In this document: positions 23,147 to 44,424 of the stretch, piece after piece
Position numbering within the stretch: the stretch's first letter is position 1
Layout: every line of letters starts with the position of its first letter
Position numbers and translations under genes: made by a program
The notes under the pieces: model-generated
Told to the model about the DNA's origin: nothing
Database searches by the model: none
The model's input: only the letters and a program-made list of their open reading frames with translations
Source of the DNA: Chromera velia
Lineage: Eukaryota
DNA: 51,366 nt
Direction of reading: 5' to 3'
NCBI GenBank assembly: GCA_018398765.1
Contig: JAHBMJ010000278.1
Coordinates: forward strand, 1 to 51,366

Positions 23147-25928
23147 AGCTTCTTGGCCACCTTCTTGTGAGGGGCACAGAGCTTTCTCTTCGGCCCTCCC
23201 TCGTCCTGGCCATTCTCGCGCTCTCCTCCGGGGTGGCGCCTCTGAAGAGCCGGGCCCGGGCCCTTCTCCGGAAGCAGAAGGGAAAGTGGATTCCTCCCCT
23301 CAGCAAGGCCTCTGTGAACTCCGAGCTGTTCTCCACCGGCTTTGTGTACCTCGTCAACCGAGTCCCCGAGGTGCTCACGGAAACCGAGAGAGAGCTGTTT
23401 CAGACGCTCCGTCTCTTCCACCACCTTCGACGTGCAGGCGCTCTGAACTTCTCAGGCCTCCACACGATCGGCTTCACCCCTCAAGTCTCTCAACTGTACC
23501 CCGACAGGAAGGTCAAGTGCACCTCCTGCAAAGTGATGCGGTCGTTCACTCTCATCACCCCCGAAGGCCGATGCGGTCTGTGCGTCAAGGCCGCCGCGTC
23601 TGACGAGAGCAAGGACAACGACCAGGATTCGATGAGCGACAAGCAGCCACCAGAGCCACGTGCTGAGCCTGATGAGCAGATGTCGCATCTCTCTCAGTGT
23701 GTCACGTGCAAGGGCATCTATGCGGTGGTGGGGGTGGAAGAGATGGGAGCGCGTCCCCAACGCCGCCGCCGCCCCCCTGCGAAGTGTTTCTACTGTCACT
23801 TGACCCCTGAGGAGCGTGCCTTGCACGAGGGTCCCAAGGCGGCAGAGAAAGAGGAGAAGGTTCAGGCGGTCGAGGCAGCACAGCAGGAGGGTCAGGTGGG
23901 GGAGTTCCCCCGGTCCCCTCTGGTGTTCTGCTCTCACTGCGAACACCACTGGGTAGTGCCTGACAAGGAGAAGGGAATCCATCTAGGTCAGACCGGAGCA
24001 GAGGGAAAGAGGGTTGGGAAGAGAATGAGGTCCGAGTGCGAGGGGGAAGGGGGGGAGGACGCTTCGGTGGAGATGGGCACGGGGGCGGTTGGGGACTCGG
24101 GAGAAGAGAATGGTGTCGTGCAGGCAGGGTGGTGTTGTCCTGTGTGTGAGGCCGGAGCTTCCACGACTGCGTGGAATGTGACCGTGCAGGACCTGATTAC
24201 AGAGCACCCGCGTGAGTGTCTGGCCGCCTTCGGTTTGAGAGCATCAGAGGCAGGTGTCGATCACGTTGTCGCAGCTCTGTTTGATCAAAAAAAGTCGCTC
24301 TTCTCGGTTGCCACCGACCCCGACCTGGCGCCGTTGCTGTTCCCCCTGTCCACCCCCGCTACAGACGACGAGAAGGGGGCAGAGGGAAAAGTCGAGGGGT
24401 CAGGGGGGGCAATGGGAGAGGGTGGTCGTGTGATCGCGTCTCTCTGCAAGTTCCTGGAAGGCCGCAGAGGCCGAGGGAGAGGACGACAGAAGGGTGTACA
24501 GACAGGAGCAGAAAAGGAGAAGGAGGGGGGAGAAGGAAAGGAAGAGAAGGCACAGTTGCTGCAGAAGCTCCCTTCCGCCAAATTGAGCGGACTGATCACT
24601 GAGGCTGCCGGCAGTGAGGAGGAGGACGAGGCCTCACCTATGAAGAAACCGAAGGTGGTTGCCGCTGCGGCGGCAGCTGTGGAGGCTGCATCGAGCGGAG
24701 CACCTGCAGGTAGGTGGGCGAGGCGGGTGGGTAGGCTTGGAGACTTCACTCACACCTAAGCATTCTCTTGCTCCCTTTCTCCCTGCCTGAATGGCGCGTC
24801 CTCTTGTTTCTCATCTATGAGACCATGCAACAAATCAATTTTCTCCGCCGTCATTCCACTTTCTTGAATGCACTCTTGAAATAAGTGCCAGATACTCTTG
24901 GGGAGTTCCTCAGCTCCTTTTCATAATTCCACTTCGTGCATGTGTCTTTTCTCTGTTGCTGGCCGTTGATAGCTAGGGTTTCTTTGGCTTTCCTTTGGGA
25001 CCAGAAATTTTGATTTCGTCGGTGCATTCTTCCTCTGGAAATTTTGGGGTGGTTTCACGTCCCATTGCCACTCAAGTCTTCCCTTTTTCTCTCTCTCCTT
25101 TTCTTTCCTCCTGCTGCTACTGCAGAGACGGTTGCTCGCACGGAGGGGGGCTTCTCTAACGAGTTCCCCTCCCTTTGCCCAACTGAAGTACCTATCCACT
25201 CTCGCCTGATGTGGCAGGAACGAAGGATTGTGGACGTGCCGGGTCTTTTGGGGTCCCTGCGCCGCCGCGTGTGCACCGCCAACCTGAGGGGTCCGTGTGA
25301 CCTCTGCTGTGAGTCGAAACCTCTCCACGCCCTCGACTCCCCCTGCGGTTACTCCCAGTGCACTGCACGGTGCTGCGAAGACTGCACGGCGACCTGGTAC
25401 AGACAGCTGAAGCCGGGGAAGGAGGTGCTTTCCTCTCGTCTCGCGTGTCCCTTCTGCAAGCGGAGGCCGACGTGCTCCGTGCTGAAGCGGCTGAACAAGC
25501 CCGCGTGTGCACTGGTGCAGTCGGAGGCCCTGAGGGGGGGAGAGGCTGCGTGCATCTGGGGTTGGTGTTTCTCTTGCTTCCAGGTGAAGCAAGTGGCACC
25601 GCGGGAGTGTGCACGTGCGGTGGAAGAGCTGAGTGAGTGGACTTGCGATGTGTGCACCAAGGCAAAGGAGTCGACTTTGGAGTGGGAGAAGAAGTGCCCG
25701 AACCCCAAGTGCCTGGCCCCGACGGAGAAAAACGGAGGGTGTGACCACATGCACTGCCCTTTGTGCCAGTCCCACTGGTGCTGGAGGTGTGGGTATCTGT
25801 CGAAGGAGGGCGAGTGCATCTACGACCACATCTACAGGTGCAAAGGGAGTGGGGAGGAGATCGGAGAGGAGAATGAGGATGAGGAGCAGGTGGAATCTGA
25901 TGGAGAGGGGTGGGAAGACGATGAGTGA
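19906..25928 (+). CDS. vWA-domain plus RING / RBR-like (IBR/RING2) E3 ubiquitin ligase
   Basis: Exons 19906-19981, 20253-20482, 20900-21288, 21705-21953, 22369-22720, 23147-24709, 25126-25928. MIDAS-like LDCTGSM and GGGDHPEALK; several CxxC pairs; RING CDLCC..CGYSQC..CEDC..CPFC; RING2 KKCPNPKC..EKNGGCDHMHC..CQSHWCWRC. Frame discontinuity between exons 2 and 3. Confidence 0.88.
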
Positions 25929-27472
25929 GAAGATGGACGAAGGAATGAATGAGTGGATCAGGTTTTGTCAGAAGTTGCAGGTGGACAAGAGGAGGTAGGA
26001 GGGAGCGTTGGAGGCAAAGTACTTCGGACTGTCACAGACTTGAGGGAATGAATGGTGAGTGAATGCTTGGGAAGTGAATGCATTTGGGGNNNNNNNNNNN
26101 NNNNNNNNNNGGGGGGGGGGGAGGACAGATGTGGTCGGTGGTGGTAGGTGGAGGACCGGCAGGAGAAGGGAAAGGAAGCAGGCAAGGAAGGAAAGAAGGA
26201 GGAACGAAAGGAGGGAGGGAAGGAAGGAGAATCATTCGACGTAGGACGGGGAGTGTTGGAGACGGAGTTGGTGGGGGCATATGCGATGATGGAGTTGTTC
26301 GAATGCATGCATAGGGTTCATGGGGAGACAGTCAGACAGTCATGCATGTTTTACCTAAGGCTTTCTACGTGTACTATGACGAATTCGCATCTCTCGGTCA
26401 CTTTTCTTCTCTCTGTGTCTACGTCTCTTCTGCCTTTAGTCCTCGGACATTCTTTCTTCTTTGTTTCAGATCGAAGTCTTCATTCTTATGCGGAGCTGGA
26501 TCTTTCTTTCACGAATGCGTGGTCCCTGCATGATATTTGGCGTGGTCAGAGAAAGAGAAGATATGGTAGCGATGTTGTGGCCATGGATGCCTCTTTCGCG
26601 ATGAATGTGGCGTGCATTTTGGGGGGAGGGGAGAGACATGTGGAACCTCTCCAACAACCAACTAACTAATTTTGGGGCCGGCTGTGAGATGGACGGAGAT
26701 TGACCCGCCGAGCAATTCGTGATCAATCACTGTTCTTCGATCGGGTCTTGTATATAAATAAGTAAACAAACATAACAAAAGGGGTAACATCAAAATCTGA
26801 ACGAGAGAAGACTTTCTCTCTCATTCGTGTGAGACGAGAATTCTGTTGAGAGGTGTATGGAAGAAAAAGAAAAGAAGGAGAGGAGTGAGAGGTGCGAAGG
26901 TTGTGTAGAAGGAGGGAGGGAGAGAGAGAGAGAGAGAGATGGAAGAAAGGAAAGTCCAAGGGAAAAACAACGAAATAATGACCGCATCGAACGAAGCTTT
27001 TCCTACATTTTCGCTTTCTTTCTCTCCCCTGTCTGCCTGTCCACGCAGTCGGCCTGTATTCCTTCACGCGTCGCACGCTGCCACTGCCCAACATCATGTT
27101 CAAACCGAACATACAGATGCCTCGACGATTTGCATGAGGCACTCAAAGGATGCCGAAAGGGAAAATAATAATTTATGCATCCAGAGGGTCGGGTCGAATT
27201 GATCTAATACCATGTGTTCTAGCATGTGTTCGTTGGCAGCATGCATTGATTCAGAGAAGCTGCCTGCATGTTTTTGTCATGACCCCTGTCGAGATGCATG
27301 AGGAGAACAGAACTGCTTGACCGATCGCGTCTTCTTCCTCTTCTCTCTTCTAGTTCCCTTTCGCAGCCTTGATTCGTGTCTTGTTGGCCTTCTTTTGCTC
27401 TCTCCCTCTCTCTGTCTCTTCAATCCCAAAATACGTACACTGTCCTTCAAGCGTACACGCTCTCTCTCAGAG

Positions 27473-27507
<35 letters not shown>

Positions 27508-28849
27508 GAGACAGAGATAGACGCGCACACGCACACACACACACACACACACGCTCTTATAATGCTCCCTTACTGCTACTCCAATTCATCAAGTAATGCT
27601 TCCTCTCTCTCTCTTTCTCTCTCTCCTCTTCTCTCTCTCTCTCTCTCTCTCCCCTCACACACACACACACACAGACACAGACACACATACGCACACGCAA
27701 TGCTCTCTTATTGCGACTACGAATCATCAAATATTGCTTTCTCTCTTTTTCTCACTCTTGGGGCTAGGGTTCACCGGGTTGGTAGGGACCGTGTGCAAAT
27801 TCAGAGAGAGAATGATCCGGTATCGCTCGCTGCATGCTCGTCTGAAGGCAGCGAGTCGAGATCGAATTTGACAAACAAAACAAAAAGAAGGCCGCCGTGG
27901 ATGTGCCCTCTTCTCTGTTTTTTTCTCTTTCTTTGTTCTCTTTTTCTGTGCAGTGATCAGTGCACTCGCTCGGCTTTAAATTATGTAGAAAGGGAGAGAC
28001 GCAGAAACGGTTATTTACTTTCAATTTGTCTCAATCAGGCTTTAATACTTTAATTTAAGGTTACATCGCTTTTGCCAGATTTGCGTTGCCAGAATATGAA
28101 GGACGTCTAATGGAAGTCTAACCATATTAAACTTTATCCAAATTAATAGATATTCTGATCATATTCATATTAATTTATGTTATGTTTATTTATTTTTTAA
28201 ATTGGCTAGTTGGAGGTTCCGTGGGGACCATGGGTTCTTAATTTAGCTAGTTCTTAATGAACCACTATTACTGGCGCCATTACTAGCATTATTAAATTAT
28301 TTTTTGGCGGGCCTGAGTTTTTAGATATGTTTTTATGCAGTATTATGTAGCTGCCAGTGTAATTTAGAATTTTTGATAAGTGCGCATAGCAGAGTATAGC
28401 AGAGATTCTACGGTAGGAATGCAGCCTGGGGGTTTATGCTATTGTGTGATAGCAAATACTAGTAAGGTTAATTCAAATAAAACACTTATCTGGAAAGTCT
28501 GTTAAACTAGACATCCTTGCATGTTACTGAAAGTCTGTTATGTATTTAGAAAAAAAAGATCGGTACTGATTTGACGCCCTTTTTTAAGCAAGACTTTTTG
28601 TTCTGAAAATTTAAATACTTACTATTTCTTCACCATACACTCATGAGCACTGGTGTCCTGAAAGGTAGAAGCCCTGTGAGCAGGGTTAGAACATAGCAAA
28701 TAGGAGGTGTTACTGCACTCCTGCTATTTCCCGCTGACTAGAAATAACTAGAAAAACCACCCAGACCTACTAGGCTAGATCCGCCCCTCATACATGGGGA
28801 TGCGGAATGCATACCAAACCGTACCAAACCCTTACTCATCATTTTAAAA

Positions 28850-28960
28850 CCTCGTGTAGCTCAGTTGGTAGAGCAGCCATCCCTTACGTTCGTGCCCGGC
28901 CAGCGTGGAACGAAGTTGACATCGGGAAGGAGGTCGTGGGTTCGAGCCCCACCGCGAGGT
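28850..28960 (+). ncRNA. tRNA-like RNA (Lys-like D/T arms) with an expanded, non-canonical anticodon arm (family member A)
   Basis: Acceptor CCTCGTG/CGCGAGG, D-arm GCTC-AGTTGGTA-GAGC (A box), T-arm GTGGG-TTCGAGC-CCCAC (B box), variable AGGTC, T7 terminator 28960-28966. Canonical anticodon stem does not pair; ~38-nt insert. Confidence 0.8.
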
Positions 28961-29491
28961 TTTTTTACGTCAGTAGTCTGTGCGTGCGCTGACGCACGCG
29001 CAACGATTGCTCGATTTGTGTCTTGTGTCCGTCTTTCCTTGAATTTAGGCTTGCATGAAAACGACGTCAGTCTGACCGTCGATGATCGATACAGAGCGCT
29101 TCTATCTGTTTTCCGACGCCCTGTAGATGTTGAATGCCTCGACATGGAAACACCTGAACACCTCTGTGCTTATGTGCTGAAGCGCTCGTTTTGCTCGGGT
29201 TGCACAGGCTTCCCCTAGGTGCTTGATCATCATGCATGTTCCTTTGATCAAAGCTTATGATCCGTTCCGCCGGTTGTATGTATGTCCTTCTCATGCACCT
29301 ACCATGCTGCTTAACTAAACCTGGAGCTGCGTACTGGTGATCGATCTGTAATCGTTTCTGATCCAATTCGGACAGCGGTCCCAAAGACTTGCTGTGGCCT
29401 TCGGTCGTTTGATCAGACGTCATCTAGGTCTGGTTGGTAGTCAGTCTGCTTGAGAAGGACTGACTGAGTCTTGCCTTTACTCCTTGCCAGA

Positions 29492-40376
<10,885 letters not shown>

Positions 40377-41214
40377 TTCCATTGTGCCATCTCTCTGCAC
40401 CATCTCTCTCTCTCTCTTTCTCGCTCTCTACATGTGTCTCTCTCTTCATGCCGTAAACTGGATCGGAAAAGAAATAAACAAACAAACTGGGGCGGGGACT
40501 GCACGGGTAGGTGAATGAATGGATGTACATTAACAAAGGGAGACCCAACTTGCACCAATCCATTCCAACATTGCAAGAAAAACCTATGAAGGAGCCAATA
40601 ACGAGAAAACGAGGACGAACCAAAAAACGCAGCCCGTCACTTCCATACAAGTGCATACACACACTTCTTCCTCCCTCCCTCCTTTTCTAAGTTGACGTCA
40701 GTCGAACAGTCAAAGAACGGAAACGCTGGGTTGATCGGTCGAACGATCCAGCCCCCCTTTGCAGGGATTCAAAAAACGCCAATAGCTTTCTGGGTGCGGT
40801 CAGTCTGAAACACCATCGGGGATCTATCTGTGCATTAATAAACTGCAAGCTCGCTGCTGGATAGCAGCGTGGCTCGCTTGCTCGCGTCCCCAAGTCCAAA
40901 TATGGAGACCGCCCCCTTCGACAAATCTCGTAACGATTGATGCTCGCTGGAACTGTTTCTTCGACAGTCGAACCTATGATCGAGATGGAGCCTGATCAAT
41001 CTCCTTGTCACTGTGTCACATAACTTTTCCAGCGCCCGCACATGCAGCGCGCCGGGCTCACTGTCCGGGCCTCCCACGATCGAGAATCTTCACGAGTAAT
41101 TAAATTAGTTCACTGAAAGATTGAATACATGTATAGAAAATCTATGCAGTAAAGTATTTATTACTTTTGAGATGGTATATCGACAGACCAGATGCGATTA
41201 ATGTGAGAAAAGAT

Positions 41215-43976
41215 TAGGGATAGTTATCGTATCGATATCATATCGTATCGGTATCGGTATCGAAGTATCGACTATCGGTTCTTTCTCGAGCGGCCGAGTA
41301 TCGGTTAGTATCGGCCTGCTTAGAGCTTGTGAATATTTATGAAGGACTACTATGTGGCCAGGCGCGCGCCGGCGGGCCGGGCCTCGGTGTTCGAAGACCG
41401 GGTGCGGCCGCAGGCCCAGTAACACGTCTTCCATCCCCAACCGGCTCCATACATGGATGAATGCGGAACCGGCTCCATGGAGCGTACACTGAATTCAGCC
41501 CCAGCGGCCGGAACAGCACCTCAAGACAAGACTGCATGCAATGTATGTTTACTGCATCCGATCTAACAGAGCTTCATCATTTCCATTTTCTGAACAAAAC
41601 CGCTTCTGGACAATCAAAGCATCATAACAGCTAGAAGGGGAAAAAACAAGGTAAGGTGTGGGCATATTATAAATATCAGGCGGATAGAAATTTCGTCTCA
41701 GCATGCAGAGCTATTTGATCCGTTGTTGACTTGTCAGAGTTGGCTCACTGGCCAACGTCCAAACAACTCAAGGACAGTAGTCTAAGAATCGTCTTTCCAC
41801 AGTGTTGTCTCTTCTTTTTATACTGTCTTGGAGCTTCAGGAATGACCGGATCGACCAGGATGTCAACATGAGCGAACTGAGATTCAGAAAGGTCAGTCAT
41901 GAGTGAGGTCACTATTATTTGGTGACATCTATACTCTGTCATTGAAGCTTACCACTTTACCATTGATGTTTAACCACTGAGTATGCTTTTGATGACCTAA
42001 TCTTTTATAAAAGCTTGCCACTTGGCGACTCGCTGCTCGTTTTTCGACGTTGACCTAGCTTCTAGCAACGGTTCGGTCTTTACACCCTCTAAATCATAAA
42101 ACACACACCAAGACTGTCTATCTGTTTGCTTGTAGGAACCTTTGTAATCCAACGTGTTTGTCTTGGTTTCCTTTATTGTTTTACTTGTGCAGAAGGAACT
42201 CCTAATACCGCAAGCAGTGTTGTTTTTGTTTTTTTGGAACTAGATCTGCCCTCCCTGGAATGACCGGTGATTTTGTTACTTGTGCTTGCTCCGCAGAGGA
42301 AAGAGAGGGCTTCCCTAAAGTCTAAAAAGCTAAAGATTGTCTTACTATAGATCTGTTCCACCTATTTGTTGCAGCTTTAAAATCTCAGTTGGCTGTTTTG
42401 CGTATTGGTTGATTTTTATGGAGATGCACATACATACAGATAAACATACAGACTGCTGTACACTATCAGACCTTTGACCTCAATTTTCTCTTCACTCCGC
42501 TTGCTGAGTATCAACTACCACGTCGCTCAAGAGAGTCCAATCTAAGCTGCTTGCTGCGTAGCTTATTTTTTTTTTTTTTTGTGCTACAAATCTACATGGT
42601 TCCTTCGTAAGTGCAGAATAGCATGTGGGTATTTGCGTTTTACTATAAATTTTATACCCATTCACTTACATTTGGGTGATTTTGGCACACACATCAGAAT
42701 AAAAACGAGTCTAACAGTTTGCGTCTGGCATAAAATAACCAGGAACGACGTGTTGATGAAGTCATTGTCAATCTGATGATGTGTTGACTCTTTTAAAAGG
42801 GGAGGTTAGGGGGGCAAAGTACCCCCCTGTCACTATCAACTCCTTGAACTGAGGCTGCAGAAGTTAAGAATAGTCTTGAACTTTGTTGTAGAAGTTCGGA
42901 GTGTGCTTTCACATAAGGGATACAGAACTTTGGAGGATGCTGTGGCTGAAGGCCGCAGAACGTCGATACGATGAAGTTGCCGCAGTGCGGCGACGTTAAC
43001 GTGCGAGACGCGCGTGGCCTGAGCCACCCGCGATCGACGCATGCATAAATACACTCTGCGTATATGTGTTCCGAGCCGTTCTGAACATCCGTACGCACGT
43101 GTACAAATTATTGATTACAGTAGATCATACCAGGATCTTTGGATCTGGTGTGGCTTCATGACAGAGTCATTGTGCAAACTCTTTTGGAGTTTCCATTCAT
43201 TTCAAAATCCGAAGAAGTTCTGTATTTAAGAGCTAGACCTCTTTTCTGACTACTTTAAATCCTTCTGCTTTCATCAGCTTATCTCCATTTTCAGTTCAGT
43301 TCTTTTTTTAAGTGCACACCCAAGATGGATAACGCTTCTTTCGAACAGGTGCCAGTGGTGTTGTATGGTGTTGTAAGGCATTGAAACCATCATCACGGCA
43401 GAGACCCACGGTCTCAACCAATTTAAGTCGATTTAGAAACGTCATTGAATATCATTTGCATTTTTGAGAATGAAGCTCTCGATAAGAGTGACGATGATAT
43501 TTAAGTGAAAAAATGCATATAAAACATGCAAAGACCCACAAAGTATGGTTAGTGCACTATGGTATTGAACACTAGTAAAGATTGACTTAGTATAAAACGG
43601 CGTAGAACTTTGGAATAGACTTGAACTTTATAGCTGAAAAGTGCAGAAGTTAGGCTGAACTTGAATCTCCTAAAAAGTTTGAGTCGATAGTGATAGGGGG
43701 GTAGAGCAAAGCCCCCCTAATAGTTTAGCCTTCTGAACGTTTCAAAGCCCATTTTCTAAGTAAAGTTGACTCTTTAAAAACATGAAATTTTTATAAAAAG
43801 TTTTTAGTTTGACGAATGATACTGTTTGTACTACGTTTTAGCCTCGTACGCTAAAAATTTTATGTCAGTACGTATCAAAATTATCGACAATACCCATTTT
43901 TTTTGGAACGTTAAATTCTGATCCGATACCAATACGATACCGATTCAATACCGATACGATACGATAACTATCCTTA
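41215..43976. mobile_element. hAT-like TIR element (non-autonomous/degenerate), 8-bp TSD, contains a nested element
   Basis: TIRs TAGGGATAGTTATCGTATCG / TAAGGATAGTTATCGTATCG (Ac/Ds-like TAGGGAT start); TSD GAAAAGAT (41207-41214) / AAAAAGAT (43977-43984); dense subterminal TATCG/CGATA repeats. Confidence 0.88.
42809..43717. mobile_element. Nested ~0.9-kb inverted-repeat element with G6/C6 hairpin termini; class uncertain
   Basis: Left GGGGGGCAAAGTACCCCCCTGTCACTATCAACTC; right (revcomp) GGGGGGCTTTGCTCTACCCCCCTATCACTATCGACTC; TA on both sides; subterminal GAACTT/AGAAGTT repeats at both ends. Confidence 0.72.
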
Positions 43977-44424
43977 AAAAAGATGTTGATTGATAGAATT
44001 TCTCTATTAAGTAAATTTCATAAATAATGAAATATTTAAAATCTTTGTTTCTGAGCTTTTTTAAAGAAATATTTGTGCATGTTTCTAGTTATGTTTTTAT
44101 TATCTTTTTATCATCATCATTTCCATATCCTTTTTACTTGTTTCCCTTTTTTCATCTTTCAACTTTCTGTTTCTGCCTTTGCCTGTGCGTCTTTGATTAC
44201 CTTTCCTAGCAGTGTTGCTTGTTCCCTGAGGGGTAAGCTGAGGGGGGTGGCTCTTGACACCTCAGGGCAGTTCTGCATGGCTTAACTGGGGGAGAGAAGA
44301 CTCTCGCTGAAACCAGTTCAGCAGTAGACCAGCACTATTGTACAAAACTCTGTGATTTGCCTTTTTAATTACTTTTAATACTAACCGGCTTAGCTATATT
44401 TTTTTAGAGTTTAGGATGAGTTTA

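Noticed and set aside
28030..28800. AT/TpA-rich block that looks like a decayed MITE
   Set aside because: Could not find matching TIR and TSD pairs to define an element.
28876..28890. Possible ochre-suppressor (TTA anticodon) reading of the tRNA-like element and a TAA/TAG=Gln genetic code, prompted by in-frame TAAs in repeats and TGA stops in all three genes
   Set aside because: Needs a one-base register shift and lacks U33; long host exons (e.g. 23147-24709) have many CAA/CAG and no TAA/TAG, so the TAAs are better explained by C>T decay.
28899..28912. tRNA-like insert GCCAGCGTGGAACG resembles the pre-PPT motif GCC(A/G)AGCGTGGACG
   Set aside because: Only an 8-nt exact match, same sense, and not shared by copy B; chance cannot be excluded.
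40687..41077. Short minus-strand ORFs downstream of the PDE gene
   Set aside because: No recognisable domain or convincing splice structure.
41745..42361. Short minus-strand ORFs inside the hAT-like element as transposase, TnpB or Fanzor
   Set aside because: No BED finger, DDE, RuvC or zinc-ribbon motifs recognisable.
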